Shown piece after piece: positions 53,101 to 64,000 of a stretch of 64,000 bases of DNA (its first letter is position 1; each line of letters opens with the position of its first letter). The DNA is from Paraspadella gotoi. Taxonomy: Eukaryota; Animalia; Chaetognatha. Below the pieces are notes generated by a model. It did no database searches, had not been told where the DNA came from, and worked only from the letters and a program-made list of their open reading frames with translations. The stretch is taken from contig CM119264.1 in assembly GCA_051294375.1 (NCBI GenBank), positions 14,968,682 through 15,032,681 of the forward strand, given 5' to 3'. The position numbers were made by a program, and so were the translations under genes.

Positions 53101-53734
53101 AAAACAGGGAAAGAAAGAAAGGATAGAAAGAAAACTCAGGAAAGAAAAGCAAAACGAGAGAAAGAAAGAAAGAAAGAAAGAGCAGACGAATACCAAAACA
53201 AACAAACTATGAAAAGAAAACAAAAAAAATGGTAGAAGAATTTTTTTTTTTTTTTTTTGTAAAAACAGGATTCTGTTTACTTTTTACCTTTGCTCGGGTT
53301 GAAAGAAAACAAAAAGTATTTCACTCCGTTCACAGTCTCTCTCCATCCTTCTCCCTCTTCCTTCAGCCCCCAGTGAATTGTGAAACGGAGTGAGAAATAA
53401 CTTGTGTCAAGCTTCGTTGCTATGGTTCCCACTTTTTCCCCTCCTTTCTTTTTCAATGGAGACGAATGCCGTAGAAAAACCTCTTTTTCCGCGTTCCGGT
53501 CTCGAGCTCCGTTCTCGGCACGGAGTGGCCAAGTCCCCGCTTATTTCACTCCTGTCGCGATTTCCTCGAAGCCCAACGTTTTCCTGTTCTCCTTGGGCGA
53601 AGCTCCTCAGGCCATGTTCAAATATAATTCCGTACGTGTTACGATTTGTATTAGTTACAATAAGTACTGCAGTATTTATTTTTGCTACACAGTTTCCAAT
53701 TAAATAACATAGCCCACAAATTACTCTGCCCATA

Positions 53735-53940
53735 CATTGCTGTAGGCAATCCTTCCAGCACAATGGTGCGACGCATTGCAGTGGTCAAATCTTTAACCAC
53801 ACTCGCACCCCAATGCTGCGATACATCGCAGTGGGCAATCCCACCAACACAGTCACCTGACGTAGTGGGCAATACCTCCAACACGTCGCCCGTTTTGCCC
53901 TACGATGCATCGTTTTTGGGCAATCCCTATAACACAGTCC
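53735..53940 (+). repeat. Degenerate repeated motif GTGGGCAATCCC..CAACACAGTC, 4-5 copies
   Basis: Copies near 53741, 53779, 53829, 53863 and 53915 with irregular spacing. Confidence 0.55.
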
Positions 53941-55801
53941 AACTATGCATGTAAGCAAGTATGCAATCCATTTCAGTCGCTCGCTCGGCCCAACGATGCA
54001 CCTCGTTCCATCCGTCCGAGAACATTAAGTCGCAAGCGGAAGAAGAGAATCCCGCGACGCAATTACGCCGACGGCAGGGCGAAAGCTTTTCTTTGTTACA
54101 ACATGCAACACTTTTTTCACTTGTTGTTTATGTCTCTTTCTCTCTATCTCTCTCACTCTCTATCTCACTCTCTCTCCCTTTCTCTCTGTCTCTCGCTCTG
54201 CGTCTCTCTGTCTCTCTGTCATCCCATTTTTCTTTCTTTCTTTCTTTCTTTTTTTTTTCTTTTTTCTTTTTTTCTTTCTTCTTTCTTTCTTTCTTTCTTC
54301 TTTTTTCTTTTTTCTTTCTTTCTTCTTCTTTCTTTCTTTTTCTTTCTTCTTAATTTCTTTATTTCTTTCTTTCTTTCTTTCTTTCTTTCTTTTTCTCTGT
54401 TATTCTCTTTTTTTTCTGTTTTCCTTCTCTCTTTTGCGATGAGCGCGCGCTAAAAAAAGTATTTTTTTCTTTCAACTAGTGGTAAATATTTTTTTTAAAA
54501 AAGCACGTAATCATATGTAGGTCTTGCAGAGAAAAGTAATTAAACTTGAACTAACAATCATACCGCTCAGAACCAAGTACCAAGTATGAAAGCGACAGAG
54601 AACTTTAGAGTTCTTCACATTCAGACATGGTAATTGGTCAGGGCCCGTAATAAAAATGTTCGTCTTGACCGCGTCCTCGGAACCGCCCTCTTTTGTAGCC
54701 GTCACCTTTGACCTCTTTCATGGAACCTCTTTGACCCTGGCGAGGCGTTTCACTTTCGGCGGCGACCATAAATCGTGGCGCCTAATTTCTTCGAGGATGG
54801 ATGACGCTTTAAGTCGGGCGAGGTAATGATGCTCGACGGCGTGGCACGAGCGCAGTCAATGTGACAGCGTGATGGATCGACGTTCGCCAAAGGAGTAAGG
54901 CGACGACTTGAGCGAAACGATAAAAAATAATCATTACATTATTGGTCGGTTCCAGAAAAAAACAAACTGAAAGAAGGAGAGTGGTAACTTTAAATGAAGA
55001 ATGTATCACTATCGGTGAATGGTAACTGGCAAGGGTTTGAATCTTGGTCAGTTCGCTGATTGATGATTGTATCTTGGAAGCGAAGGAAGCGCCGAGGAAA
55101 TGTTGCGTGAATGAAAAAGAGGAGTCATGACTTAGATTAAAAACGGCGGAGATGCGTCACTCTCGTCAATGGAAAGGCCTTCGTTTCAATTACTCCAGTA
55201 ATACTAATTTGACATACATGTTCTCTTATTGGGAAATAGTACTATAATCGAGGTCGAATTGTTCGGCTTTCCAAGTTTTCCTTATCACCAACGGTCGAGC
55301 GGAGGTTTGAATTTGCCTTTTTTCATTCCACCTTTCTTTTAACGAGATGATGCACCTGGCAAATGCACCCGACTACTCAACAGTTCGGGCATTGACTGCC
55401 CTCTCTTCGTCCTTGGGTTTTACGGTTCACAAGCAAAGATCTCAGATTCTATCTGCTTTCTCTGTTATTTTCCTTTTCTCTTGGTTTTTCATAACCAAAT
55501 TTGCATCAAGAATTCAAATTTCGGCTTTGACCTCGAGCCGGTCACGGTTCTTCTGTCCGTCTAAAATGCGATTGAATAGATTTGATCTCATTCTCGATTA
55601 TTTATTATTTTTACATATCATGCCACGACACTAATTTAAGAATGAAACTTGTTAAAAAGTNNNNNNNNNNTTTACATATCATGCCACGACTGCAATTTAA
55701 TAATGAAACTTGTTAAAAAGTGAACATTTTGGTTTGTCTCTCCGTCTTTCACTATGCGTATGACAGCTAAGTTTGAATTCACCTTTTGTTTTGCCCATCA
55801 G

Positions 55802-55964
55802 TGCGTCGTCTCCGATCCGGGCAGCGCCATCTGGATCAAACACAGCGACACTGCAGACTCCTCAAAATTCATCGCTCATGGCGACAGGTTTTTCGACAAC
55901 TCTATCCCTCTCGCCAAATACAGATTGAACCACATTGGGAGGACTTACTTTTTGCATATAACAG
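55802..55964 (+). CDS. Coding exon 2 of the Ig-superfamily gene (V/I-set domain strands B-E; lachesin/IgLON/DIP-like)
   Basis: ttttgttttgcccatcag|CVVSDPGSAIWIKHSDTADSSKFIAHGDRFFDNSIPLAKYRLNHIGRTYFLHIT(G)|gtaaga. Cys, core Trp and YxLxI strand E; the phase-0 start joins exon 1 in frame (TVTFK-C). Confidence 0.85.
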
Positions 55965-56014
55965 GTAAGAATGCATTTTTCTTTTTTGTTTGGCTTCAGT
56001 TTATTCCTTTTTTT

Positions 56015-56110
<96 letters not shown>

Positions 56111-56681
56111 GCATTCTCATTCTCTTTCTTTTCATGTATTCATTCATTTCGTTGTTTTTCCTTCCCTACCTTCACTTTAATCTCCCGAGGCTTTTTTTAT
56201 TTTCAAACATCAACACAAACATAAACAAAAGCGTAAATTGAGACGTAAACAAGAAAGGGAGTTGAAGGCAAACAAAATCAAATTGGAAACAAAAAGGCGA
56301 TGGAGGCTGACAGGGGGAGGGAGAGAAAAAGTTGAAAAATTGGGACGAGGCGAGGGAACCGGGAGCGAGACGGAGCGATGATGACAAAATGGCGAGAAGG
56401 ATCAACGCTGACAATATAGAAAGAGGAATATGAAGACAAGATGAGGAAATGCAGGCTCAAGGCTCGGACATCGGACTGGAGTTTCTCGTAGACTTAATTG
56501 GTAATCGTAATTCGAGATAAGCAAGAACCCCAAATAATAACATCGGGCAATTTAGAGACCGTGACATAATATTCAGCCTCAAGTCAGACCATCGATGAAT
56601 GACAACTGGGAATAAGAAAGTGCTCAGAATAAAAAGGGGATAGGAGGGAATGGAAGAGAGAACCGACATTGACATGGAGAT

Positions 56682-56770
<89 letters not shown>

Positions 56771-57109
56771 TGAAAAAGGAAAGGAGAGAAATAGTTTAGA
56801 GGAGAAAAATTGGCGAAGGAGTTTCATGAAATTTTAAGGCTCCCGGCGTTTTTAAGGTAATCGAAGTCACCTCCTTTCCCGCGGGAAAACGCTTTAATAA
56901 TTCAAAAGGTTTTTTCTCTGTTTTTTTTCTTTTCACTTTCCTTTTTTTTTATCTAGATAAATAGAGAAAGACGGTAAACAGAAAAAAACCTAATCTCCTT
57001 GGAAAGAATCTCCAGAGGAGAAAAATTGCAAAACTTGCAATAAATTTCATCGCACGTCGCCGCAGAAAGTATTTCGAAAGTAGTTGAACTAAGCCGAGCC
57101 AATCTTTTT

Positions 57110-57198
<89 letters not shown>

Positions 57199-57229
57199 CC
57201 TCTCTCTTCTTCATTTTCTGTCTCTCTCT

Positions 57230-57279
<50 letters not shown>

Positions 57280-57599
57280 TCTTTCTCCATTACTATATAT
57301 AACAGCATTCGGTCGAACGCCACCGGTTATGATGATATCCAGCATCGACTCTCTCTCGCTCTCTGACGCCTAAATCTCATTTGCATATTGCAGTTCTAGT
57401 GATTTTTTTCCTTACCTTCACGCCTCCCGCCCTCGCACGCGTCGGAGGCGGAGAATGAGGCGGTGATTGCGAGACGTGAGCGCAAAAACAAAAACAAAAG
57501 AAAAACTGCGTTCGACGCTAATCTGACTCGAACGAAGATATGAAAAATATCCCGAGAGGGATAGAAAGATAGAGACGGAGAAAGACATGAGGAAGACAA

Positions 57600-57633
<34 letters not shown>

Positions 57634-60118
57634 TCTCTATCTACTCACTCTCTATCTCACTCTCTCTCCTTTCTCTCGTCTCTCGTCTCTCTGTCTCTCT
57701 GTTCTCTCTTCATCCCATTTTTCTTTCTTTCTTTCTTTCTTTTTTTTTCTTTTTTCTTTTTTTTTCTTCTTCTTTTGTTCTTCTTCTTTTTCTTTTTCTT
57801 TCTTTCTCTTCTTTCTTTCTTTTTCTTTTCAATTTCATTTCTTTCTTTCTTTTTTTCTTTCTTTCTTTCTTTTTCTTTTTCTTTCTTTCTTTTTCTTTTT
57901 CTGTTATTCTCTTTTTTTCTGTTTTCCTTCTCTCTTTTGCGATGAGCGCGCGCTAAAAAGTATTTTTTTTCTTCAAACTAGTGTAAATATTTTTTTTAAA
58001 AAAGCACGTAATCATATGTAGGTTTGCAGAGAAAAGTAATTAAACTTGAACTAACATTACAATACACCGCTCAGAACCAAAAGTATGAAGCGCCAGAGAA
58101 CTTTAGAGTCTTCACATTCAGACATGTATTGGTCAGGGCCCGTAATAAAAATGTTCTCTTGTACCGCGTCCTCGGAACCGCCCTCTTTTGTAGCCGTCAC
58201 TTTGACCTCTTTCATGAACCTCTTTGACCCTGGCGAGGCGTTTCACTTTCGGCGGCGACCATAAATCGTGGCGCTAATTTCTTCGAGGATGGATGACGCT
58301 TTAAGTCGGCGAGGTAATGATGCTCGACGCGTGGCAGAGCGCAGTCAATGTGACAGCGTGATGGATCGACGTTCGCCAAAGAGAGTAAGGCGACGACTTG
58401 AGCGAAACGATAAAAAATAATCATTACATTATTGGTCGGTTCCAGAAAAAACAAACTGAAAGAAGGAGAGTGGTAACTTTAAATGAGAATGTATCACTAT
58501 CGGTGAATGGTAACTGGCAAGGTTTGAATCTTGGTCAGTTCGCTGATTGATGATTGTATCTTGGAAGCAGGAGCGCCGAGGAAATGTTGCGTGAATGAAA
58601 AAGAGGAGTCATGATTAGATTAAAAACGGCGAGAGATGCTCACTCTCGTCAATGGAAAGGCCTTCGTTTCAATACTCCAGTAATACTAATTTGACATACA
58701 TATATTCTCTTATTGGGAAATAGTACTAAATGAGTCGAATGTGTTCGGCTTTCCAAGTTTTCCTTATCACCAAGGTCGAGCGGGATTTGAATTTGCCTTT
58801 TTTCATTCCACCTTCCTTTTAACGAGATGATGCATCTGGCAAATAGCACCCGACTACTCAACAGTTCGGGCATTGACTGCCCTCTCTTCGTCCTTGGGTT
58901 TTACGGTTCACAAGCAAAGATCTCAGATTCTATCTAGTTCTTCTCTGTATTTTCCTTTTCTCTTGTTTTCATAACCAAATTTGCGATCAAGAATTCAAAT
59001 TTCGGCTTTGACCTCGAGTCGGTCACGGTTCTTCTGTCCGTCTTAAATGCGTTGATTGAATGTTGATCTCATTCTCGATTTTTATTATTTTACGATATCA
59101 TGCCAGACTGCAATTTAATGAATGAAACTTGTTAAAAAGTGAACATTTTGGTTTTTCTCTCCGTCTTTACTATGCGTATGACAGCTAATTTGAATTCACT
59201 TTTGTTTTGCCCATCAGTGCGTCGTCTCCGACCGGGCAGCGACCATCTGGATCAAACACAGCGACCACTGCAGATCTCAAATTCCATCGCTCATGGCGAC
59301 AGGTTTTCGACAACTTATTCCTCTCGCCAAATACAGATTGAACCACATTGGGAGGACTTACTTTTTGCATATAACAGGTAAGAATGCATTTTTTCTTTTT
59401 TGTTTGGCTTAGTTTATTCTTTTTTTCTTTCTTCTTTCTTTTCTTTCTTCTTCTTTCTTTCTTTCTTTCTTTCTTTTCTTTCTTTCTTTCTTTCTTTCTT
59501 TCTTTTCTTTCTTTCTTTCTTTCTTGCATTCTCATTCTCTTTCTTTCATGTATTCATTCATTTCGTTGTTTTTCCTTCTACTTCACTTTAATCTCCCGAG
59601 GCTTTTTTATTTTCAAACATAACACAAACATAAACAAAAGCGTAAATTGAGCGTAAACAAGAAAGGGAGTTGAAGTGCAAACCAAAAATCAATTTGGAAA
59701 CCCAAAAAGGCGATGGAGGCTGACAGGGAGGGAGAGACAAAAGTTGAAAAATTGGAGAGCGAGGGGCGCAACCGCGAAGCACGCGCAGGAGCCGCCAGCA
59801 TCGGAGCGATGATGAACAAAATGGGATGATATTGTATCATATTCGCTGACAATATAGAAAGAGGAATATGAAGACAAGATGAGGAAATGCAGGCTCAAGG
59901 CTCGACATCGGATGAGTTTCTCGTAGACTTAATTGGAATCGTAATTCTGAGATAGCAAGAACCCAACAAAATAACATCTGGGCAAATTTAGAGACCGTGA
60001 TCATAATATTCAGCCTCAAGTCAGACAATCGTGAATGACAAACTGGGAATAAGAAATGCTCAGAATAAAAAGGGGATAGGAGGGAATGGAAGAGAGGAAA
60101 CGACAGTGAAGGAGATGA

Positions 60119-60173
<55 letters not shown>

Positions 60174-60593
60174 ATGAGAGAGAGAGAGAAGAGAGAGAAG
60201 AGTGAAAAAGGAAAGGAGAGAAATAGTTTAGAGGAGAAAAAATTGGCGAAGGAGTTTCATGAAATTTTAAGGCTCCCGGCGTTTTTAAGGGTAATCAAGT
60301 CACCTCCTCTCCGCGGGAAAACGCTTTAATAAGTTCAAAAGGTTTTTTCTCTGTTTTTTTCTTTTCACTTTCCTTTTTTTTATCTAGATAATATAGAGAA
60401 AGACGGTAAACAGAAAAAAACCTAATCTCCTGGAAAAGAAATCTCCAGAGGAGAAAAATTGCAAAACTTGCAATAAATTTCATCGCACTCGCCGCAGAAA
60501 GAGTATTTCGAAAGTAGTTGAACTTAAACCGAGCCAATTTTTTGCTTTCCTTTCTGTTCTTTCTTCTTCTCTCTCTCTCGTCTCCTCTCTCTC

Positions 60594-60632
<39 letters not shown>

Positions 60633-61115
60633 TCTCTCTCCTCTCTCTCTCTCTCAGTCCCGTCCTCTTCTGTCTTTCATTTATGTCTGCTCTCTCTTTT
60701 CCCTTCCTCTCCCTCTCTCTCCTCTCTCTCTCCTTAATCTTTCTCGCATTACTATATATAACAGCATTCGTCGAACGCCACCGGTTATGATGATATCCAG
60801 CATCGATCTCTCTCTCGCTCTCTGACGCCTAAATCTCATTTGCATATTGCAGTTCTAGTGATTTTTTTTCCTTACCTTCACGCCTCCCGCCCTCGCACGC
60901 GTCGGAGGCGGAGAATGAGGGCGGTGATTGCGAGACGTGAGCGCAAAACAAACAAAAACAAAAGAAAAACTGCGTTCGACGCTAATCTGACCTCGAACGA
61001 AGATATGAAAAATATCCCGGAGAGGATAGAAAGATAGAGACGGAGAAAGAATCTATGAGGAAGACAAAGAGAGAAAGAAGAGAGGAGAGAGAGAGGAGAG
61101 AGAGAGAGAGAGAGA
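57634..61115 (+). repeat. Near-identical tandem copy of ~54141-57630, probable assembly artefact
   Basis: Indel-rich identity; joined within an AG microsatellite. Confidence 0.8.
59218..59377 (+). pseudogene. Frameshifted duplicate of Ig exon 2
   Basis: Same splice sites as 55802-55964, several small indels. Confidence 0.7.
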
Positions 61116-61223
61116 CTGATTGTAGGCATTAAAATTTAATGAGGATATAATCTAGACGAACGAAGGTAAGTGCGTTGGGGCTGTCGAAGAAGAAACGCGA
61201 GACAAGATGGTAGCGATGAACGC

Positions 61224-61274
<51 letters not shown>

Positions 61275-61736
61275 ATACAAGGAGAGAGAGAGAGNNNNNN
61301 NNNNNNNNNNNNNNNNNNNAGAGAGAGAGAGAGAGAGAGATTCCCCCCTTCTCCCATTCTCGGACTCAACATGCAAAGATTTTTTCTCATCCTGGAGGAA
61401 GATTAGAGGCTGAGAACGAGGACCGAGATTGAATTACGAAAGAAAATGATGAGAGATGAGGATGAAAGAAGATGAGGACGAAGGAAGGTTGGAGATGAGG
61501 GAGGAAGAAGATGAGGATCGAATTCGTCCGAGATGATATCCGTCCGATGTGGACGATGAAAGATGAGCGCAACGTCGAGGGAGGCACGTCATCCTTCGAG
61601 AAGGAAATTCGAAACAGTTTAACCTTTCAACCTCTTTGGTTTTAATCATTCCTCGGATCTTCCTATTTGTAAACCGACAATCTCAGATCAGATCGAAAAG
61701 ATATCATACTACATACTACTTCCGATTTTCACTCCT

Positions 61737-61850
<114 letters not shown>

Positions 61851-64000
61851 GTTATTTCTGGGTCTCATCTGGGGCTTGATCAAATTTGGAGAAGCTAATT
61901 GAGCTCGTTTTATTACAAATTTAGAATCCGGCTGAACCAAAGAAACCCAAAAATGTTGGCAATATTCGTAGCCCAGACTTCTGTTCTTTGATCTTTGACC
62001 TTTTGAACCTCCCTGGAACTCGCCCTTCCCGCGATGAGGCAACCTGACCTCGAAACCTCCCGGACTGACCTTATCCAGAGTACCATAGAGAGCGGGGTGT
62101 CGGAAAAGACTACTGAGGACAATAAATACGATTATAACTGGGTAGAAGTGTTTTGGTGAAAAGAAGGAAAGAAAGGAGGAATGGAGAAAGGGAGGAAGAG
62201 AGAAAGAACCCAACAGCAGAAGGTAGTAAGGTGGCCGACACTAAATCAATTTATTTTGTGGAGAAAAAAAAATAAAAAGGATCTAGGATCTAGGATCCTT
62301 TCATAAAATGGGAAGAAAAGACGATTATAAGATCATTGAGGAAATTTTGGGAAACCGGCACGGTGAAAAAAAGAATTGAAGTTTGGTTATAAGCAGGATT
62401 TTTGTAGCAACTAAAACTAAATAAAAATGTACAGTATTTCTTAAAAATTTACTGTATAAAAGATGTTATAAATAAATAAAAACAATTTCATTCTTATGCT
62501 CACATCATAGTTGAATAATCCATAATTTACACATCTCATAATATTTTTTCTCCGCGATAATTTTTTTTCTACGTTCGTCCTCCAAATGGAAGTTCCGTGT
62601 CTCTTTTTCAATTTCTATGCTAATCTCTCGTTCCTCCCTCCCTTCCTCTTTCCCCTTTTCTTTTTCCTTTCCTCCTCCCATTTCATTCCTTTTTTTTTTC
62701 TTTCGCCCAACGTTACTTTCCCGCTTTTCTTTGCTCCCACTTTTTCTTTGTTTCTTAACATAACTCCTCTCTCTCCCAAACTNNNNNNNNNNNNNNNNNN
62801 NNNNNNNNNNNNNNNNNNNNNNNNNNNNNNNNNNNNNNNNNNNNNNNNNNNNNNNNNNNNNNNNNNNNNNNNNNNNNNNNNNNNNNNNNNNNNNNNNNNN
62901 NNNNNNNNNNNNNNNNNNNNNNNNNNNNNNNNNNNNNNNNNNNNNNNNNNNNNNNNNNNNNNNNNNNNNNNNNNNNNNNNNNNNNNNNNNNNNNNNNNNN
63001 NNNNNNNNNNNNNNNNNNNNNNNNNNNNNNNNNNNNNNNNNNNNNNNNNNNNNNNNNNNNNNNNNNNNNNNNNNNNNNNNNNNNNNNNNNNNNNNNNNNN
63101 NNNNNNNNNNNNNNNNNNNNNNNNNNNNNNNNNNNNNNNNNNNNNNNNNNNNNNNNNNNNNNNNNNNNNNNNNNNNNNNNNNNNNNNNNNNNNNNNNNNN
63201 NNNNNNNNNNNNNNNNNNNNNNNNNNNNNNNNNNNNNNNNNNNNNNNNNNNNNNNNNNNNNNNNNNNNNNNNNNNNNNNNNNNNNNNNNNNNNNNNNNNN
63301 NNNNNNNNNNNNNNNNNNNNNNNNNNNNNNNNNNNNNNNNNNNNNNNNNNNNNNNNNNNNNNNNNNNAATTTGTCTCTCAACACCTCAAGTACAGAAAAC
63401 AATTCTTTGTTTTGAATGCTCTCCGTATTTCTACGTTACACTTAAACTAATTTAGTAGTGTATCTTTATTTGTAAGTGTTTACATTTAGTTGTTTAATTA
63501 ATTTAAATAGACATTTGACATTCTGTAAGTAAATATATATTATATAACTTTGGCGATGTTACGTATATATGTTTAGACATAACGTATACATTATATAAAT
63601 AGCATTATGTATCTTGTAAACCAACAGTTGAGAAGGTAAATGGTTGAAAAGAGATCTTGGAATCGCTATAATGGAGTGAGCGATTGGGTGGGGTCAACGC
63701 AAATCTAACCCAGACAGCGCTCTCCTCGATAATGTGCCGGCACTGTACCGGCACAACGTCGGCAACGCCGTCCGCATTGTTTTTTCCTAACGTTTCTTGT
63801 CGGCGTCGACGCGCAAAGATGCGACTACTCTGCGTCGGCGCTGCGTTTAGTGCGTCTGCTGCCTCTGCGCCGCCTCGGCGACGGTTCCAAACCGAGAGAC
63901 GGAAATCTTTTCCCCCGCGAGGTCGATTTGCGTCTTTATGAAATCTTGGCTGAAGCGAAATACGAAATGAGGCGACAGAAGTGAGAATTTCAAAGCGAAA

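Noticed and set aside
55610-55722. ~50-bp direct repeat around a 10-N gap
   Set aside because: Contig-end overlap from scaffolding.
62586-63455. Long ORFs spanning N runs (also at 44495-46074)
   Set aside because: Their length is an artefact of Ns; only the 45592-45783 portion has coding support.

Overview
AT-rich, microsatellite-dense (AG, AAAG, TAA, CGT) eukaryotic DNA, almost certainly animal, from a draft assembly; most of the listed ORFs are translations of simple repeats. Real coding content: (1) an intronless GC-rich 473-aa gene (4549-5970 +) of an uncharacterised family whose motif order resembles a compact lipoxygenase metal site; (2) the first two coding exons of a secreted or cell-surface Ig-superfamily (lachesin/IgLON/DIP-like) gene (45592-45783 joined in frame to 55802-55964); (3) possibly the 3' exons of a minus-strand gene near 15.5-16.3 kb. 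The most striking non-coding signal is two unrelated, circularly permuted (P5-type order) twister-ribozyme-like motifs with reciprocal T1 pseudoknot covariation: one directly behind a tRNA-Gly-derived SINE head (1131-1280 -) and one inside a highly base-paired ~260-nt element (16799-17059 +). Also present: a TTAA-flanked Kolobok-like MITE, a DINE-1/Helentron-like repeat and several minisatellites. Three multi-kb near-identical duplications, full of indels and mostly bounded by 25-N gaps, look like long-read gap-filling artefacts.
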